DNA of 64,000 nucleotides from Micavibrio sp. (GCA_028290825.1 JAQGJB010000100.1:2101-66100), one strand, 5' to 3'; counted from the first letter of the stretch, positions 30,273 through 43,265 are shown. Notes: generated by a model from the letters alone, not told the origin. Made by a program: numbers and translations.

Positions 30273-31070
30273 ATGTTCAGCAAGCAAGCCAGCGTTCTTA
30301 TTCCGCTTTTGTTTCTTATCGCAAATCCGGCCTTTTCAGCCGAATCTGCGGCCCCTGTTGCTGCCCCAAAAGCCTGTGTTGCGACGGACAGTGCCTGCCT
30401 TCTCGGTGAATTGCAGAATCTGACCGGGCAGATTGCGGAGAAGGACTGGCGCGACCAGACTTACCGCGAACTGGCCAAGCTTTATGCTGCGCAGGGCAAT
30501 ACAACCCAGGCCATGGCCATCGTGCCGATGATTCAGAGTGACGATACCAAGGCCCTGACCATTCGCGGTATCGGCATGGCTGCGGCCCAGCTCAATCTTA
30601 AGCCGGAGGCGCTGACGAAACTGTTTGCCGATCTGCGCGCCGCCGCCGATAAAATCACCGCCCCGCCGTCACAGGCGATTGCTCTGACTTATATCGCGAT
30701 GTCACAGGCGCATGCGAAGGATGACGCCGGCGCGCTGGCCACCGCGAAATCGATGACCAATGATGCGCTTCGGAACAAGGCGCTTGGCGAGAGTGCGGAA
30801 ATTCAGGCCAATCGCGGCGATTTGAACGCCGCCCTGCAATCACTGGCAACCATTCAGGATCTATCCTTCCGTAACAAGGCCAATGCGAAAGTCGCGCGCG
30901 CCTTTGCCGATAACAAGCAGTTTGATAACGCGGTGACGGCGGCGAATAAAATCGAAACCAATCCGTATGAGAAATCGCAGGCGGTCCTCTATGTCCTCGC
31001 CAAGCAGATTACACCGGATGAGATAACGCTCGGGATCAGGGCGAAGCAGCCGGGTGAGGTTGCGCCATGA
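30273..31070 (+). CDS. Secreted alpha-helical repeat (TPR-like) hypothetical protein
   Basis: Signal peptide (..ANPAFSAE), Ala-rich helical repeats; overlaps the ftsE start. Confidence 0.8.
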   Translation: MFSKQASVLIPLLFLIANPAFSAESAAPVAAPKACVATDSACLLGELQNLTGQIAEKDWRDQTYRELAKLYAAQGNTTQAMAIVPMIQSDDTKALTIRGIGMAAAQLNLKPEALTKLFADLRAAADKITAPPSQAIALTYIAMSQAHAKDDAGALATAKSMTNDALRNKALGESAEIQANRGDLNAALQSLATIQDLSFRNKANAKVARAFADNKQFDNAVTAANKIETNPYEKSQAVLYVLAKQITPDEITLGIRAKQPGEVAP

Positions 31071-31756
31071 TCCGCTATGACCATGTCGGCCTTCGTTACG
31101 GAATCGGACCGGAAGTGCTGAGCGATATTTCGTTCAACCTTGATCCGGGATCGTTTCATTTCCTCACCGGCCCGAGCGGTGCGGGGAAAACCTCGCTGAT
31201 GACGCTCCTTTATCTGGGACGCAAACCGACGCGCGGGATTATTTCCATGTTTGGCCAGAATATCGGGGCGATGACGCGCGAACAACTGGTCCCCATCCGC
31301 CAGCGTGTCGGCGTGGTGTTCCAGGATTACCGGTTGATGAACCATTTATCAGCGTTCGATAACGTCGCTTTGCCTTTGCGCATCGCGGGAAAGCCTGAGA
31401 AAGAAATCAAGAATAACGTCGAAGAACTGATGCACTGGGTCGGCCTCGGCGATCATATGAACGCCTTGCCCAACACCATGTCCGGCGGACAGCAGCAGAG
31501 AATTTCGATTGCGCGCGCGGTGATTACCCGCCCCCGTCTGCTCCTCGCCGATGAACCGACCGGGAACCTTGACGATGAAATCGGCTTCAGGCTGATGGGG
31601 CTGTTTGAACAGCTGAACCGGATGGGAACGACGATCCTGATCGCGACGCACAGCCAGGTGATGATGGATAAGTTTAATCATAGCCGCCTGATCCTCGACA
31701 AGGGCAGCATGACAGTCGTACCGCCGAAACCAAAAGCGATGGAGGGCGCAGCATGA
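31067..31756 (+). CDS. ftsE: Cell division ATP-binding protein FtsE
   Basis: GPSGAGKT, GVVFQDYRL, MSGGQQQR, LLADEPTGNLD; precedes ftsX. Confidence 0.95.
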   Translation: MIRYDHVGLRYGIGPEVLSDISFNLDPGSFHFLTGPSGAGKTSLMTLLYLGRKPTRGIISMFGQNIGAMTREQLVPIRQRVGVVFQDYRLMNHLSAFDNVALPLRIAGKPEKEIKNNVEELMHWVGLGDHMNALPNTMSGGQQQRISIARAVITRPRLLLADEPTGNLDDEIGFRLMGLFEQLNRMGTTILIATHSQVMMDKFNHSRLILDKGSMTVVPPKPKAMEGAA

Positions 31757-32679
31757 GTAAAGAACGCGCCATCGGTCGCGCGGAAAAACGCCAATATGAT
31801 CTTCCGCTTAATCGTGGTTCGGGAACAGGTTTCCTTGTTATTCTGATTGCGTTGATGACGTTTCTCGGCATGCTGGCCCTTTCCGCTTCATTTGCTTTAT
31901 CGGCAATGACTCATCGCTGGTCCTCCGGTCTTGAGAACCGGATCAGTATTGAAATTCCTACGCAGGATGAAACCGGAAAACTGCTGGACCGACCAACGAT
32001 CAGGACGCTGACGCAGAATATTGCCGAAGGGTTAAAGGGTACGCCGGGGATTGTGTCGATCCATGCGCTTGACGATGCGGAGATTACCAAGCTGGTAGAA
32101 CCATGGCTGGGGACCGACCTGGCCAAGACAGATATTCCGATCCCCGGCATTGTCGCGATTGAAACATCAACATCGGATTCCCAGACTTTACAGGCCATTC
32201 ATAACAAGATTTCCGCGATCACGCCGAATGCGCGGATGGATACACATGAGGAATGGCTGAGCGATCTGCTGCGCTTTACAGGTGCGATGAAACTGGTGGC
32301 GATGATTTTGGCGATTGTGATTGCGGTGACGACGGTGACGGCAGTCAGCGGCGCGGTGCGGTCGCGCATGGCCCTGCACCGCGCCGAGGTCGAGTTGCTT
32401 CACCTTATGGGCGCCAGTGACAAATACATTACGCGCCAGTTCCAGCGTCATTCGATGATCCTGGCCCTGCGCGGCGGTATTGCAGGGGCGGTGTTCGGCG
32501 GGATTATCCTGGTGCTGATCGGCTGGATTGCCGGGCAGATGGGTGTGGCGATTTTGCCGGATTTCCATCTCGAACCGGTGCAGATCGCCATGCTGGCCCT
32601 CACGCCGTTCGCGGCGTCATTGATTGCAACCATTTCTGCACGCTGGACTGTGGGCCGGGTGCTGGCGACGTTCCCATGA
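31753..32679 (+). CDS. ftsX: Cell division permease FtsX
   Basis: 4 TM; LVEPWLG, VELLHLMGA.D.YI.RQF. Confidence 0.92.
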   Translation: MSKERAIGRAEKRQYDLPLNRGSGTGFLVILIALMTFLGMLALSASFALSAMTHRWSSGLENRISIEIPTQDETGKLLDRPTIRTLTQNIAEGLKGTPGIVSIHALDDAEITKLVEPWLGTDLAKTDIPIPGIVAIETSTSDSQTLQAIHNKISAITPNARMDTHEEWLSDLLRFTGAMKLVAMILAIVIAVTTVTAVSGAVRSRMALHRAEVELLHLMGASDKYITRQFQRHSMILALRGGIAGAVFGGIILVLIGWIAGQMGVAILPDFHLEPVQIAMLALTPFAASLIATISARWTVGRVLATFP

Positions 32680-33296
32680 TTACGGCCAAAGCAAAAAAAC
32701 TGGCGAAGTTTGTCGCGGTTGCTGTGGTTGCCGTCGGCTGGCTATGGCTGATGGGTTGGGTTTTATTCCTGATCGGCGTGACGGTTGCCAAGCCTGATAA
32801 AGTTGATGAGCCGACCGACGCCATCATCGTCCTTACCGGCGGGCAGAACCGGATCAATACCGGGCTTGACCTCCTCGCCGCTGGCAAGGCGCATTACCTT
32901 TTTATCTCTGGCGTGAATGAGCATGTGACGATCGAGCAGCTGGTGCGGCTGTGGAAACCAAATTTTGAATATATTCCCTGCTGCATCGTGCTGGGCCTGT
33001 CCGCCAATGATACGGAAGGGAATGCGCGGGAGAGCAGCGAATGGGTGCGTGAACAGGGTGTGGGCAGTGTCCGTATGGTGACATCGAATTATCATTTGCC
33101 GCGTGCGTGGCTGGAATTTACGCATGCTTTGCCGCGCCATACGATTATAACGCATCCGATCAAACCGACTTCCGCCGATTACGACAGCAAGCATTTTATC
33201 AGGCTGAGTTTCGGGGAATATAATAAAACGCTACTGACCTGGCTGCGCCTCTACGTCTATCCGTGGAAATATAAAGTCGGGCCGGACAAGTCATGA
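32676..33296 (+). CDS. YdcF / DUF218 family protein
   Basis: DAIIVLTGG..RI, LFISGV, TEGNA.E, VTSNYHLPRA, EYNK. Confidence 0.92.
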   Translation: MITAKAKKLAKFVAVAVVAVGWLWLMGWVLFLIGVTVAKPDKVDEPTDAIIVLTGGQNRINTGLDLLAAGKAHYLFISGVNEHVTIEQLVRLWKPNFEYIPCCIVLGLSANDTEGNARESSEWVREQGVGSVRMVTSNYHLPRAWLEFTHALPRHTIITHPIKPTSADYDSKHFIRLSFGEYNKTLLTWLRLYVYPWKYKVGPDKS

Positions 33297-34006
33297 ATTT
33301 TATCCGTTCAACTTTGTTCAATCTTGCGTTCTTCGGCATTACGGCGCTTATGGCGTTCGTCACCCTGCCCGCCACACTGATGAAGCGGGAGAGTGCGATG
33401 AAGATCGTGCGGCTGTGGGTGCGGACGGTCTATTTCCTGGAGCGGCATATCCTCGGCCTCGATTACGAAGTGCGTGGGTGGGAAAATGTGCCGGAAGGAT
33501 CGTTCCTGCTGGCGGCGAAGCATGAATCCGCCTATGAGACGTTCAAGATGCATATCCTGTTTGCCGATCCGGCGATTGTGCTGAAGAAAGAACTGACACG
33601 TGTACCGTTATGGGGTGCGTTTATCAGGAAGAGCGATCCGATTGCCATTGACCGGTCGAGTGTGAAGCAATCGATCAAGTCGCTGATGAGTGAAGTGCAG
33701 CGTGTGAAAGCCCAAGGCCGCCCTATTGTGGTTTTTCCGCAGGGCACGCGGGTCAAGCCGACAACGACGACGAAGGAGAAACCTTATAAGAGCGGCATTG
33801 CACGGATGCAGGAAGCTTCAGGATTGCCGATTGTTCCCCTCGCCCTCAATACGGGGTTGTTCTGGCCGAAGATGTCTTGGATGAAGAAGCCGGGCAAGGT
33901 TGTGTTTGAATTTTTGCCTGCGATTCCTGCCGGGAAGAATTCGGATGAGGTGATGGCGCTGCTTGAAAAACGTCTGGAAGCTGCGTCTAAAAAGCTCATA
34001 GAATAA
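33293..34006 (+). CDS. 1-acyl-sn-glycerol-3-phosphate acyltransferase family
   Basis: AAKHESAYET, LKKEL, FPQGTR, VPLALN.GLFWP. Confidence 0.92.
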   Translation: MNFIRSTLFNLAFFGITALMAFVTLPATLMKRESAMKIVRLWVRTVYFLERHILGLDYEVRGWENVPEGSFLLAAKHESAYETFKMHILFADPAIVLKKELTRVPLWGAFIRKSDPIAIDRSSVKQSIKSLMSEVQRVKAQGRPIVVFPQGTRVKPTTTTKEKPYKSGIARMQEASGLPIVPLALNTGLFWPKMSWMKKPGKVVFEFLPAIPAGKNSDEVMALLEKRLEAASKKLIE

Positions 34007-34025
34007 CTCATCGTCATTGCGAGCG

Positions 34026-34916
34026 TCACTTCTTCTCCGGTGGCACTTCCTGTTTCGCCTGAATAACACCGCGGCGGATCTCTCGGGTACGGGTGAAAAG
34101 GTCTTCCAACGTCTGGCCGTCGCCGTTGCGGATGGCGCGTTGCAGGCTGGTCAGGTCTTCGTTGAAGCGTTGCAGGATTTCAAGAACGGCCGCCTGGTTG
34201 TTGACGAAGATGTCACGCCACATGACGGGGTCGGAAGCCGCGATCCGGGTAAAGTCGCGGAAACCACCTGCGGAGAATTTGATGACGTCGTCTTTGGTGT
34301 GGGCTTCGAGGTCGGAGGCGGTGCCGACGACGGTGTAGGCAATCAAGTGCGGTAAATGCGACGTGATGCCGAGGACAAGGTCGTGGCGTTTCGGGTCCAT
34401 GATTTCAACTTTTGCACCGAGGGACTCCCACAGGGTTTTGACGTCGTGAAGCGCATCGCCGTCGGTGTCGGGGAGCGGCGTGAGAATGCTCCAGCGGCCC
34501 ATGAAGAGTTCGGCAAAACCGGCATCGGGACCGGAATTTTCGGTTCCGGCAATTGGATGACCGGGGACGAAACGGATGTCATTGTTGATGTGCGGCAGGA
34601 CAGCTTCGATAACGGATTGTTTGACGGAACCGGCGTCGGTCAGGATTGTACGAGGTTCCAGATGCGGCCCGATCGCGGCCATCACGGCGCTGTAGGCACC
34701 GACGGGAACGGCAATAATGACAAGGTCCGCGCCCTTTACGCCCTCAGCCGGATGAGTGGTCGCCTTGGCAGCGAGGCCGAGTTCGAGGACGCGGTCACAG
34801 GCGAGACGGCTTTGGTCGACGCAGATGATTTCTTTGGCAAGGTTATGTTTGGCAATCCCGCGCGCAAGGGAGGAGCCGATCAGGCCGAAGCCGATGATAC
34901 AGACACGATTGAACAT
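34026..34916 (-). CDS. tyrC: Prephenate/arogenate (cyclohexadienyl) dehydrogenase
   Basis: GFGLIGSS, DAGSVK, GHPIAGTE.SG, HD..L..TSHLPH, GFRDFTRIAASDP.MW. Confidence 0.93.
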   Translation of the reverse strand: MFNRVCIIGFGLIGSSLARGIAKHNLAKEIICVDQSRLACDRVLELGLAAKATTHPAEGVKGADLVIIAVPVGAYSAVMAAIGPHLEPRTILTDAGSVKQSVIEAVLPHINNDIRFVPGHPIAGTENSGPDAGFAELFMGRWSILTPLPDTDGDALHDVKTLWESLGAKVEIMDPKRHDLVLGITSHLPHLIAYTVVGTASDLEAHTKDDVIKFSAGGFRDFTRIAASDPVMWRDIFVNNQAAVLEILQRFNEDLTSLQRAIRNGDGQTLEDLFTRTREIRRGVIQAKQEVPPEKK

Positions 34917-34939
34917 TTTTACACCTCTATTTTTTTAAC

Positions 34940-35005
34940 CGTCATTGCCCGACGTTAACGCGCCGTTCTGGATTGCCGCGTCGGCTATGCCTTCCCCTAT
35001 GGCGG
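34940..35005. repeat. Degenerate CGTCATTGC/TGGATTGCCGCG palindromic element remnant
   Basis: CGTCATTGC at 34940 and TGGATTGCCGCGTCGG at about 34969. Confidence 0.5.
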
Positions 35006-35012
35006 GGAAATG

Positions 35013-35897
35013 CTAGGCGGTTTTTTTATTCTTGGCCTGCGCTGCCTGCGCCGCGATCAGAGGATAACCGCCGAGCAGGATGCATTTTCCGTCCGGGCTT
35101 TCCAGTTTTTCGAGAAGCTGGGCAAGGCGCGGGTCGTCGGCGCTGACATAACCCTCGACCTCCAGCAAATGCTGGGACCGGGTCTGGGTCGGTTTGATCT
35201 TGCGGCTGTTGATGCTCAGGGCGTCGAAATTCAGGGCTTTGGCTTTGTCTACCACGCGGGCGCGGCTGACCACCTGGTCGAGGTCGAGGAAAATGAAGCT
35301 ATTATCGGAACCGCTGTCCTTGAAAAGGGCTTTGGACAGGATGACGGCGCGATATTCGGGCTGTCCCTGTCCTGCGCTGACAATATAAGGGAGGCTAACG
35401 ACAATCTGGACGTTCTGGGTCGTGTCGTTGCCGGTCATATGGCACCACCACGGGTTTTCAACGCCGTCTTCTGGCCAAGGCAGGACGGCGAAGTTGACAT
35501 CACCTTCACGCAGAGCGGAAATCGCGACCAGCGGGTTGGCCATGTCCTGCATCGGGATGACGGAGCCGAAATAATCGCGAGCCATGTCCCAGTGTTCACG
35601 CGCGTTCTGGGCCGGGGCGACGACGGCGACTTTCATCCTGGTTTGCAGGATGCTGGCCGCGCCGATCATTTCGCGCCAGAGGCGGACGATCAGATTCTGC
35701 GGCAGGTCGCCGGAATGACGGGACAGGATGCTGCGGATTTTTGACGCCTCGCGATCCGGCTGGATCATCGGCAGGTCGTTCTTCTTTTTCTCGGCGCCGA
35801 CTTCGAGCGCAAGCCCTGCCCGCTTCATCAGCAGATCATGAATCTGCTGATCGACGGTGTCGATGTCCTTGCGAATGTCGTTCATTGTCCGGGTCAT
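35013..35897 (-). CDS. Chorismate mutase with extended C-terminus
   Basis: IRKDID.VD.QIHDLLMKR, PDRE, LWREMI, ARDYFG, LGGYP. Confidence 0.88.
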   Translation of the reverse strand: MTRTMNDIRKDIDTVDQQIHDLLMKRAGLALEVGAEKKKNDLPMIQPDREASKIRSILSRHSGDLPQNLIVRLWREMIGAASILQTRMKVAVVAPAQNAREHWDMARDYFGSVIPMQDMANPLVAISALREGDVNFAVLPWPEDGVENPWWCHMTGNDTTQNVQIVVSLPYIVSAGQGQPEYRAVILSKALFKDSGSDNSFIFLDLDQVVSRARVVDKAKALNFDALSINSRKIKPTQTRSQHLLEVEGYVSADDPRLAQLLEKLESPDGKCILLGGYPLIAAQAAQAKNKKTA

Positions 35898-35955
35898 AAT
35901 GCGGGGGAGTATAGTCAAAGGCCCGGAAAAAGGGAAGCGCGTGATTAATGCGGTT

Positions 35956-36702
35956 TTAAAAGGTTTTTCCGGTTCCGGGGGCTGTGCTGGCCACCAGGAC
36001 GCGGCGGCGACCGTTGGTGATGCGGGCATTTCCCTGGGCTAGGACGCCGCCGTAAAGCTGCTTGCTGGCCTCGACCAGAAGGACGCCCGCCATGCCGCGC
36101 ATAAATTTCGGGCCGATTTTTTCGAGCGGCAGCGAACTGCGCAGCAGAAAGGAAGACCGGAATGGCGGGACGTACAAAGCGCGTTCGGTGCGTTCGATGA
36201 CGAAGAGGTTTTCCCGCAAGGCGTGGGAGAGTTGCGACCCGGAAAACGGTGTGCCGTGACCGAAGGGCGACCATTCTGCCCGCGCCCACAGGCCCAGACG
36301 GTTTGGCGTGACAATGAGGATACGCCCCGTACTTTTAAGGACTCGCCAGAGCTCCTGCAGATACGGACCCATGGCGTGGCTGTGTTCCAGGCCGTGCATC
36401 AGCAGAATGCGGTCAACGGATTCTGTTTCGATGGGAAGCTCGGTTTCCGCAGCCAGAACAGCGTGATTCCTGCCGTCCGGCGTCCACGCGTGAACGCCGG
36501 AACGTGGCGGCATCACGGCAATGACGCGTTCTGCGGAAGCCAGATACGGATCGAGGAAAGGAACAGCATAGCCACACCCGAGCATGCGCAGGCCCGGGGC
36601 ATCGGGCCAGATGGAGAGGATTTTATTTTGCAGCAGAGGCTGGACGATATGGCCCTTGCGGCATTCGTAGAAAGAGCGGAGGTCGTAGATAGTGGTGGCC
36701 AT
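35956..36702 (-). CDS. Class I SAM-dependent methyltransferase
   Basis: DLRSFY, GCGYAVPFL, VDRILLMHGLE, ELWRVL, PNRLGLWAR..PFGHG.PFS. Confidence 0.9.
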   Translation of the reverse strand: MATTIYDLRSFYECRKGHIVQPLLQNKILSIWPDAPGLRMLGCGYAVPFLDPYLASAERVIAVMPPRSGVHAWTPDGRNHAVLAAETELPIETESVDRILLMHGLEHSHAMGPYLQELWRVLKSTGRILIVTPNRLGLWARAEWSPFGHGTPFSGSQLSHALRENLFVIERTERALYVPPFRSSFLLRSSLPLEKIGPKFMRGMAGVLLVEASKQLYGGVLAQGNARITNGRRRVLVASTAPGTGKTF

Positions 36703-37152
36703 TTAAATCATCGCCTCCAGCTGGTGGATCAGGGGGATGTCGGCGGCGGGCATTTCGATGGAAAACATTTCGCGCGGGTAGAGCCATTTGAAAACCTGCC
36801 CTTCGCGCGCGGTGACCCTGCCCTTCCACATGCGGCAGGCGAAAAGCGGCATAAGGAGGTGAAAATTTTCATAGCTGTGCGAGGCGAAGCCGACCGGGGA
36901 ATAACAGGTCGGGCGGGTTTCAATGCCAAGTTCTTCTTCAAGCTCGCGCATCAGGGCGAATTCGGGAACCTCCCCCTTATCCACTTTACCGCCGGGGAAT
37001 TCCCAGAGACCCGCCATGGATTTACCCGGCGGACGTTGGGCCAGCAGCACACGCCCGGCCGGCTCGATCAACGCCACAGCCGCGACCAGAATGATCGGCA
37101 GGTCTTTCGCCTGTACCGGCTTTGGTTGTTCGAGGGATTCGTGGCAGCTCAT
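36703..37152 (-). CDS. mutT: MutT-like NUDIX hydrolase
   Basis: LAQRPPGK.MAGLWEFPGGK, Nudix box RELEEELGI, FHLLMPLF.CR.W.G. Confidence 0.9.
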   Translation of the reverse strand: MSCHESLEQPKPVQAKDLPIILVAAVALIEPAGRVLLAQRPPGKSMAGLWEFPGGKVDKGEVPEFALMRELEEELGIETRPTCYSPVGFASHSYENFHLLMPLFACRMWKGRVTAREGQVFKWLYPREMFSIEMPAADIPLIHQLEAMI

Positions 37153-37171
37153 TGCTTTAAAAAACTCATGT

Positions 37172-37267
37172 CGTCATCCCGGCGAAGGCCGGAATCCATA
37201 GTTACGATATTTAAACATTTTTGGAAAAATAACAAATATCCCGATTATGGGCCTTCGCCGAATGACG
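37172..37267. repeat. Palindromic REP-like element CGTCATCCCGGCGAAGGCC...GGCCTTCGCCGAATGACG
   Basis: Terminal inverted repeats flanking an AT-rich spacer. Confidence 0.75.
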
Positions 37268-37287
37268 GTGAGATGAGGAATAAGTAG

Positions 37288-37317
37288 AAAAGCCGCAGAC
37301 TTTCGCCTGCGGCTTTT
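37288..37317. terminator. Intrinsic terminator downstream of the PPIase gene
   Basis: AAAAGCCGCAG-loop-CTGCGGCTTTT. Confidence 0.85.
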
Positions 37318-37333
37318 TCAGGATTATAAATAT

Positions 37334-38230
37334 TTAGTTTTTCTTGGTTTCTTTTACCGGAGCACCATTAATATCAAATTTGGTGATGCTGGCGTCTTTC
37401 TGCCATTTCTCAAGCAAAGTGCCGAGTTTCTCACGGCGAACCTGTGCGTCCAGTTGCGCTTTAACATCTTCGAATTTCGGCGGGGTGATCGGACGTTTGT
37501 CTTCAACTTTAATGACATGGTAGCCGAACTGCGTCTTGATCGGGTCTTTGCTGTAGCTGCCGGGTTTCAGTTTGAACGCGGCATCGGCAAATTCAGGAAC
37601 CATCTGGGTTTTGTTGAAGTAACCGAGGTCGCCACCGTTCTTTGCGGTCGGGCCATCGGTGCTTTGGGACGCCAGGTCTTCAAACTTCGCGCCGCCGTCC
37701 AGTTTCTTGATGATATCCTTGGCTGTCGCCTCATCCTTCACGAGGATATGGCGGGCGTGAACTTCTTCTTTCGGCATTGCCGCGACGGCCTTGTCGTAGG
37801 CTTTTTTCAGATCGGCCTCGGTGATCATTTTGCCGAGTTCATGTTCGACGTAAACATTCCGGATGATCTGCGATTTTGCCTGTTCGGTCAGTTTTGCAAC
37901 TTCAGGGTCGCCTTCGAGTTTCGCCTTTTCAGCTTTCTCGCCAACGATCTTGTTGTTGATGACCTGGTCGAGGGCCAGCGGGAACAACTGATCCAGCGGC
38001 ATTTGCTTGACCTGGTCAGGCAGGGTTGTAATCAGGCCGAATACTTCGCTGCGCTTGATTTCATCCTTACCGATTTTTGCGACAACAGGATCCTGATTGA
38101 TAGTTGCAGGGGCTGCAGCTGCGGCAGCCGGAGCAGCATCTTTCGGCGCGTCAGCGGCCCAGCCCTGGGCGGCGCCGAGAGCGATCACGCTGACGAAAGC
38201 GAGAGCAATGGTTGTGTGTTTGAATGTCAT
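37334..38230 (-). CDS. Periplasmic parvulin-type PPIase (PrsA/PpiC-like)
   Basis: Signal peptide; HARHILV, GGDLGYF, MVPEFADAAF, TQFGYHVIK. Confidence 0.95.
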   Translation of the reverse strand: MTFKHTTIALAFVSVIALGAAQGWAADAPKDAAPAAAAAAPATINQDPVVAKIGKDEIKRSEVFGLITTLPDQVKQMPLDQLFPLALDQVINNKIVGEKAEKAKLEGDPEVAKLTEQAKSQIIRNVYVEHELGKMITEADLKKAYDKAVAAMPKEEVHARHILVKDEATAKDIIKKLDGGAKFEDLASQSTDGPTAKNGGDLGYFNKTQMVPEFADAAFKLKPGSYSKDPIKTQFGYHVIKVEDKRPITPPKFEDVKAQLDAQVRREKLGTLLEKWQKDASITKFDINGAPVKETKKN

Positions 38231-38444
38231 GGTCGGGTAGCTCCAGTCATGTGAAAAGAAATAGAATCAGTATCAGCCTCCTAGAATAAGGAACAGAATG
38301 GCCAAAACAAGGCAAAATTTGAGGTTTTCCAGTGGAATCACAGTGATTTATAGCCCTGAATCAATTGACGCGGCGGGGTTTAAGACTTATATCAGACATT
38401 CGCATAATATAGCCCGGAACCCCGCTCAGAAGACTAAGGATTTC

Positions 38445-41174
<2,730 letters not shown>

Positions 41175-41186
41175 ATAAATTTTAAT

Positions 41187-41210
41187 GGCCCCCCGCTCAG
41201 GCGGGGGGCC
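41187..41210. terminator. GC-rich hairpin after secA
   Basis: GGCCCCCCGC-TCAG-GCGGGGGGCC, perfect 10-bp stem. Confidence 0.7.
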
Positions 41211-41305
41211 GAATATTAAATGCATGACAATTAATAGGCATGGCATTACCGCGTTTTTAAACCGGCCCCTCCCTGTGCGGGACGGGTTGAAAAATGAGAT
41301 TAAGA

Positions 41306-42154
41306 ATGACCGACCGTCCGAAAATCAGCCTTGAATTCTTTCCGCCCAAAACCGATGCCGGGAAAGCCCATTTCTGGGAACAGGTGGATAAGCTGTCCAT
41401 TCTGAAGCCCGCCTTCATGACTGTGACCTATGGCGCGGGCGGTTCGACACGCGACTGGACCATTGATACAGCGGCGGAAATGCAGCGCAGGACGGGCATC
41501 AATACTGCGGCGCACCTGACCTGCGTCAATACGATGAAAGACGGCATCGCCGAGATTGCTCATAAATTGTGGGATTCGGGCGTCAGACATATCGTTGCGC
41601 TGCGCGGTGATATTCCTGCGGCTGATGCGCCTCTGGTCTACAGCGATAGCAGTTATTACCATTACGCCAATGAACTGGTGGACGGGCTTAAGGGCCTGCA
41701 TGATTTTGAAATTTCAGTTGCAGCCTACCCGGAGAAACACCCGGACGCTGCCGATCTGGATAGCGATATTGCTTTCCTGAAACGCAAATGCGATGCCGGG
41801 GCCGACCGTGCGATTACGCAGTTCTTTTTCGACAACAAGAATTTTTATACTTTCCGCGACAGAGCGATTGCAGCTGGAATTACCACGCCGATCATTCCCG
41901 GCCTCCTCCCCATCAGCGATTTCAACCGTGTGTGCAAGGTTGCGGGCACATGCCAGGCCTCTATCCCAGACTGGCTGCGCGCTAAATTTGAAAACATCCA
42001 GGATGCTGATGAAGTGCGCCGCATTGGACATGAACTGCTGGTCGAGCAGATCCGTGACCTTTGCAGCCACGGCGTTGATCACCTGCACTTCTATACGCTG
42101 AACCGGGCAGACCTGACGATCGATGCGTGCCAGGCTGCTGGAATTACACCGTAA
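41306..42154 (+). CDS. metF: Methylenetetrahydrofolate reductase
   Basis: SLEFFPPK, VTYGAGGS, AHLTC, ALRGD, AAYPEKHP, ITQFFF, HFYTLN. Confidence 0.96.
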   Translation: MTDRPKISLEFFPPKTDAGKAHFWEQVDKLSILKPAFMTVTYGAGGSTRDWTIDTAAEMQRRTGINTAAHLTCVNTMKDGIAEIAHKLWDSGVRHIVALRGDIPAADAPLVYSDSSYYHYANELVDGLKGLHDFEISVAAYPEKHPDAADLDSDIAFLKRKCDAGADRAITQFFFDNKNFYTFRDRAIAAGITTPIIPGLLPISDFNRVCKVAGTCQASIPDWLRAKFENIQDADEVRRIGHELLVEQIRDLCSHGVDHLHFYTLNRADLTIDACQAAGITP

Positions 42155-43223
42155 TACCTTTCGCCTTCTGCTCGAACTCACCGATGCGGTCGACAAGATC
42201 GCTAAGGTTCTGGTGCAACTGGTCGAGAACGAACCCCAATGTGAAGAGACGGCTGACGGTATTGACCGGCAATTCGCGCAGGATGTGATCTGCGCGTATG
42301 GCGGAGACTTCGCCGTTATAAGCCGCCAAAGCTTCATCAAAGGCAGTAATCGGCTTCATCGCCGAACGCGTGGATAAGGCACCGATAGCATCGCGCATTG
42401 ATTGCTGGGCGGCGTCGGAGACATTGCGGATATAGGGCTGAAGGCGTTCGGCGGCGGGGGATGGCAGAGCCTGCGTCACCGCGCGGCTGAACATTACAAG
42501 ATCATGGCGCAGGCGGCGGAGATTGCGCAGCAGAGGATCGGGGTCGGGTTCGCCGGTTACATACGTTTTGCGTTCCCGCTTCGCCTCATCTGCGACGGTT
42601 TCAATTTTAGTGATGGCGGCACGGATTTTATCCATCTGCGCGCCGATCAGGCTCCGCTCCGCCCCGCCGGAGAGGTCATTGAGGAGGCCTGCATAGAGGC
42701 CCAAAATAGACGCCGCCTGGGCCATGATAATGCCATGGGCCCTGGCCGGTAAAATGACCAGCGATACGGCAAGGCCAAGGATACTGCCCAAGCCGATTTC
42801 CAGCACACGCTCCACCGCATACATAAAGACGTTTATTTCCTGTGCCGCCGTGCTGAACAACACGATAACGACGGTGACTGGGGCAATGCGGAAACTGGGG
42901 TTGATCGAGGCGAGCACGGCAGGAGGCATAACCCCGATCAGCAGGGTTATATATTGCGCCATTCCGTGATCATGCGGCATGAAAGCCGCGATCACAGCGC
43001 CGTAGACCGCCCCGCCGACTGTACCGATCATCCGGTCAATGGCGAATTTCATCGAGCCGCCGACACTGCTCTGCACCACCAGGACAGCAGTAAGGATTGT
43101 CCAATAGCCTTGCGTCAGGTGCAGGGCATGAACGATGGCCAGTGAGAAGATGGCCGCAACCCCGACACGGAGAGCGTGGCGAAGGTCGGACATATGGGCG
43201 GATAACCATTTCAGGACTGACAT
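42144..43223 (-). CDS. FUSC-family membrane protein
   Basis: LRHALRV, GYWTILTAVLVVQSSVGGS, R.IGT, ERVLEIGLG..LPAR. Confidence 0.9.
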   Translation of the reverse strand: MSVLKWLSAHMSDLRHALRVGVAAIFSLAIVHALHLTQGYWTILTAVLVVQSSVGGSMKFAIDRMIGTVGGAVYGAVIAAFMPHDHGMAQYITLLIGVMPPAVLASINPSFRIAPVTVVIVLFSTAAQEINVFMYAVERVLEIGLGSILGLAVSLVILPARAHGIIMAQAASILGLYAGLLNDLSGGAERSLIGAQMDKIRAAITKIETVADEAKRERKTYVTGEPDPDPLLRNLRRLRHDLVMFSRAVTQALPSPAAERLQPYIRNVSDAAQQSMRDAIGALSTRSAMKPITAFDEALAAYNGEVSAIRADHILRELPVNTVSRLFTLGFVLDQLHQNLSDLVDRIGEFEQKAKGITV

Positions 43224-43265
43224 AATATAACAACCATCAGAAGAGCATGTACGCGTGCGGATTTT

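Noticed and set aside
41220-41305. SAM-II / SAM-SAH riboswitch upstream of metF
   Set aside because: Consensus elements not found; only a weak hairpin.
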